Below are positions 62,161-64,000 of a DNA stretch of 64,000 nt, one piece after another. Within the stretch, counting starts at the first letter, position 1, and every line of letters starts with the position of its first letter. The stretch spans positions 2,170,001 to 2,234,000 of the forward strand of contig JAYWIR010000020.1 of NCBI GenBank assembly GCA_036172245.1, written 5' to 3'. Below the pieces are notes generated by a model. That model saw only the letters and a program-made list of their open reading frames with translations, was not told where the DNA came from and did no database searches. Both the position numbers and the translations under genes were made by a program. The DNA is from Raillietiella orientalis (lineage: Eukaryota).

Positions 62161-64000
62161 AGTGGGGCCTCCCCCCTTCCTCCTGCATCCCGCCATCTCA
62201 AGGAACACTGGTGAACACTGGTGGTCCATGAGAGCTCCAATCGAGCATACAGCTCTGTTGGAGCTCGCCGGATCCTGTCAGGGAAAGGAAGTAGGGGATG
62301 GGGCCGAAGGAGGCGGAACTCTGGGGAAAGAACATCCCCTTACCCCATCGACATCCTGATAAAAAGCCCGCCGTCGTTCCCAGAGGCTTCTGGAACGGCG
62401 AGCCGAGAGGCCATCTACCTCCAGGGCGAATCCAGACGAGGAAATGGAGGGGGAGGCGATCCACGAGATTTTGCGGATCGCTCGGCTGCAGGGAGCCCCT
62501 CTCCCGGAAGGACAAGGAGCGGCAGCAAAACCAGGGTTGCCGGCGGGAAGGTCCCGACGGCGGGGTTCGCCAGCGGCGGAGCTCAGCGCCTCCTCCTCGA
62601 GCTCCTCGCCGGAGAAAATCCCCCTTTCTGCACGCGCAGCAGCACCGCGAGGGAGGCGTCGGCTGGGTCGTCGCCACGGCAGCGCCTTTCCCCTCATCTG
62701 CATCCGGACCATACGTGGGACAGAGACTTCCCTCCCCCCTTTCCCTCCCGAAGAAGAAGAAAAAAAAAAAGTCAGCGCTCCCGGGGAAGGGGGTCAAACG
62801 CAGCTCGAGGATTACCGGTAATCCCCGAGACCTCAATCAGCCGCTCGCGACAATGCGGCGGGCGGCTGGCGGAGTCCCGGCCGTCGCACGAAATCAGGAC
62901 AATCTGATGCATTTGTTTTGTTCAAGGATAACTCGATGCTGGAAGGGGGAAGGAAATTAAAACTCCGGGATTAGCTCCCGATGCGGACGGCCGAAGCGCT
63001 AATGTGGGCCTCGCACGAACGAGAGGCTTCCCTCCCCGTCCCTCTCCTTCGAGGGCGACCACGGACTTGGACGCCACCGTCATCTTTCTCACTCTTGCCC
63101 CTGGGGTCTCGCTTGGGAGAAGGATTCCTCGAGGAGGATGCAAGCTCCCCTCTCAGGAGAAAGCCTCCCCGAACCCGACCGGAACGTCAGAAGCTGCCCC
63201 GAGGGGAATGCCCCGCATCCCTGCTGGGGAAGGAGGAAAGGGGGCAGAATTGCACTCGGACCCGTGCTCCTGGATCTGGCGAACGACGGGATTTCTTGGT
63301 TCAGACGCCGTTTCCCGCATCTTTGGCTCTGTCCACACCACCGCGGGTTCTTTGCTCCTTCGGGAGTCGCAGAAACTGCTCCTGAGTACGGGGCCTTTGG
63401 GGCAGCAGTTGGCTGCTCCGTCTGGCTACAAAGAGAACTCGATGAACGGTTGCTACAGCGGGGGCAGCGTTTTCTTCCTGGAGCTCTTCTCCCATCTTCT
63501 GCGAAAGACATCCGTGGCTGCAAGAAAAAAAAGAAAGGAAGAAATGGAAAAAATTTCGTTCCCTCCCGGCGCAGCGCGCCCTCTCAGGACAGCCCCGTTC
63601 GGCTCACCCGCTGCTGCCCGTGCCTTCGAACGGGAACCGTTTTCCCTCCCGAAATTACGAAACAGGCTTTCCGCCGAATTTTAATAATTGGGACACTTTT
63701 TTTTCTTCCCTTGCCTGGTTCAGGGGCCATCCATCTATCTGTTGCTTCCCCTTTTCCCGGCAAAGGACTCGTTATGAATACGTCAACCGATATAAATAGC
63801 CGGCCGCGTGAACAAAGAAAACGCTGCTGATGGAGGGAAGCGGACGTTTAAAAAATGAAGCGCATTTTGCGCTTCATAACAACTTTAATAACAACAAACA
63901 AAAAAACATCTGTGTCCATTTATAACCTTTTTTTTACTATGGCAAAGATTACTGGAAACATTCACAAACAGTTCCCGGCTTAAAAACACGGTGGCGAGAA

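Overview
Eukaryotic (animal) genomic DNA. It is probably arthropod/pancrustacean, inferred only from the homeodomain sequence. It is GC- and CpG-rich and full of GA/CT low-complexity tracts, so almost all ORFs in the supplied track are spurious. The one confidently identified gene is a two-exon Msx/msh (Drop) NK-class homeobox gene on the minus strand (CDS 44770-44236 joined to 43278-42791, about 340 aa). It has an eh1 motif, a long acidic tract, the homeodomain and a poly-Ala run. Much of the apparently unique flanking DNA reads, across frameshifts, as heavily decayed Ty3/gypsy pol (PR-RT-RNaseH-IN motifs in the correct order). I count roughly nine such remnants, recognised by eye and not by search. 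Also present: several copies of a ~700-bp tRNA-headed SINE-like repeat, a ~965-bp foldback, a perfect 36-bp palindrome, and short TAAT-rich islands that are candidate Msx enhancers. An odd ~600-bp island at 33.8-34.4 kb has a TATA/frameshifted-ORF/polyA layout on the plus strand and a chain of short-intron/micro-exon splice signals on the minus strand. I cannot confirm a new biological system; that island and the foldback are the best leads. Coordinates of decayed elements are approximate.
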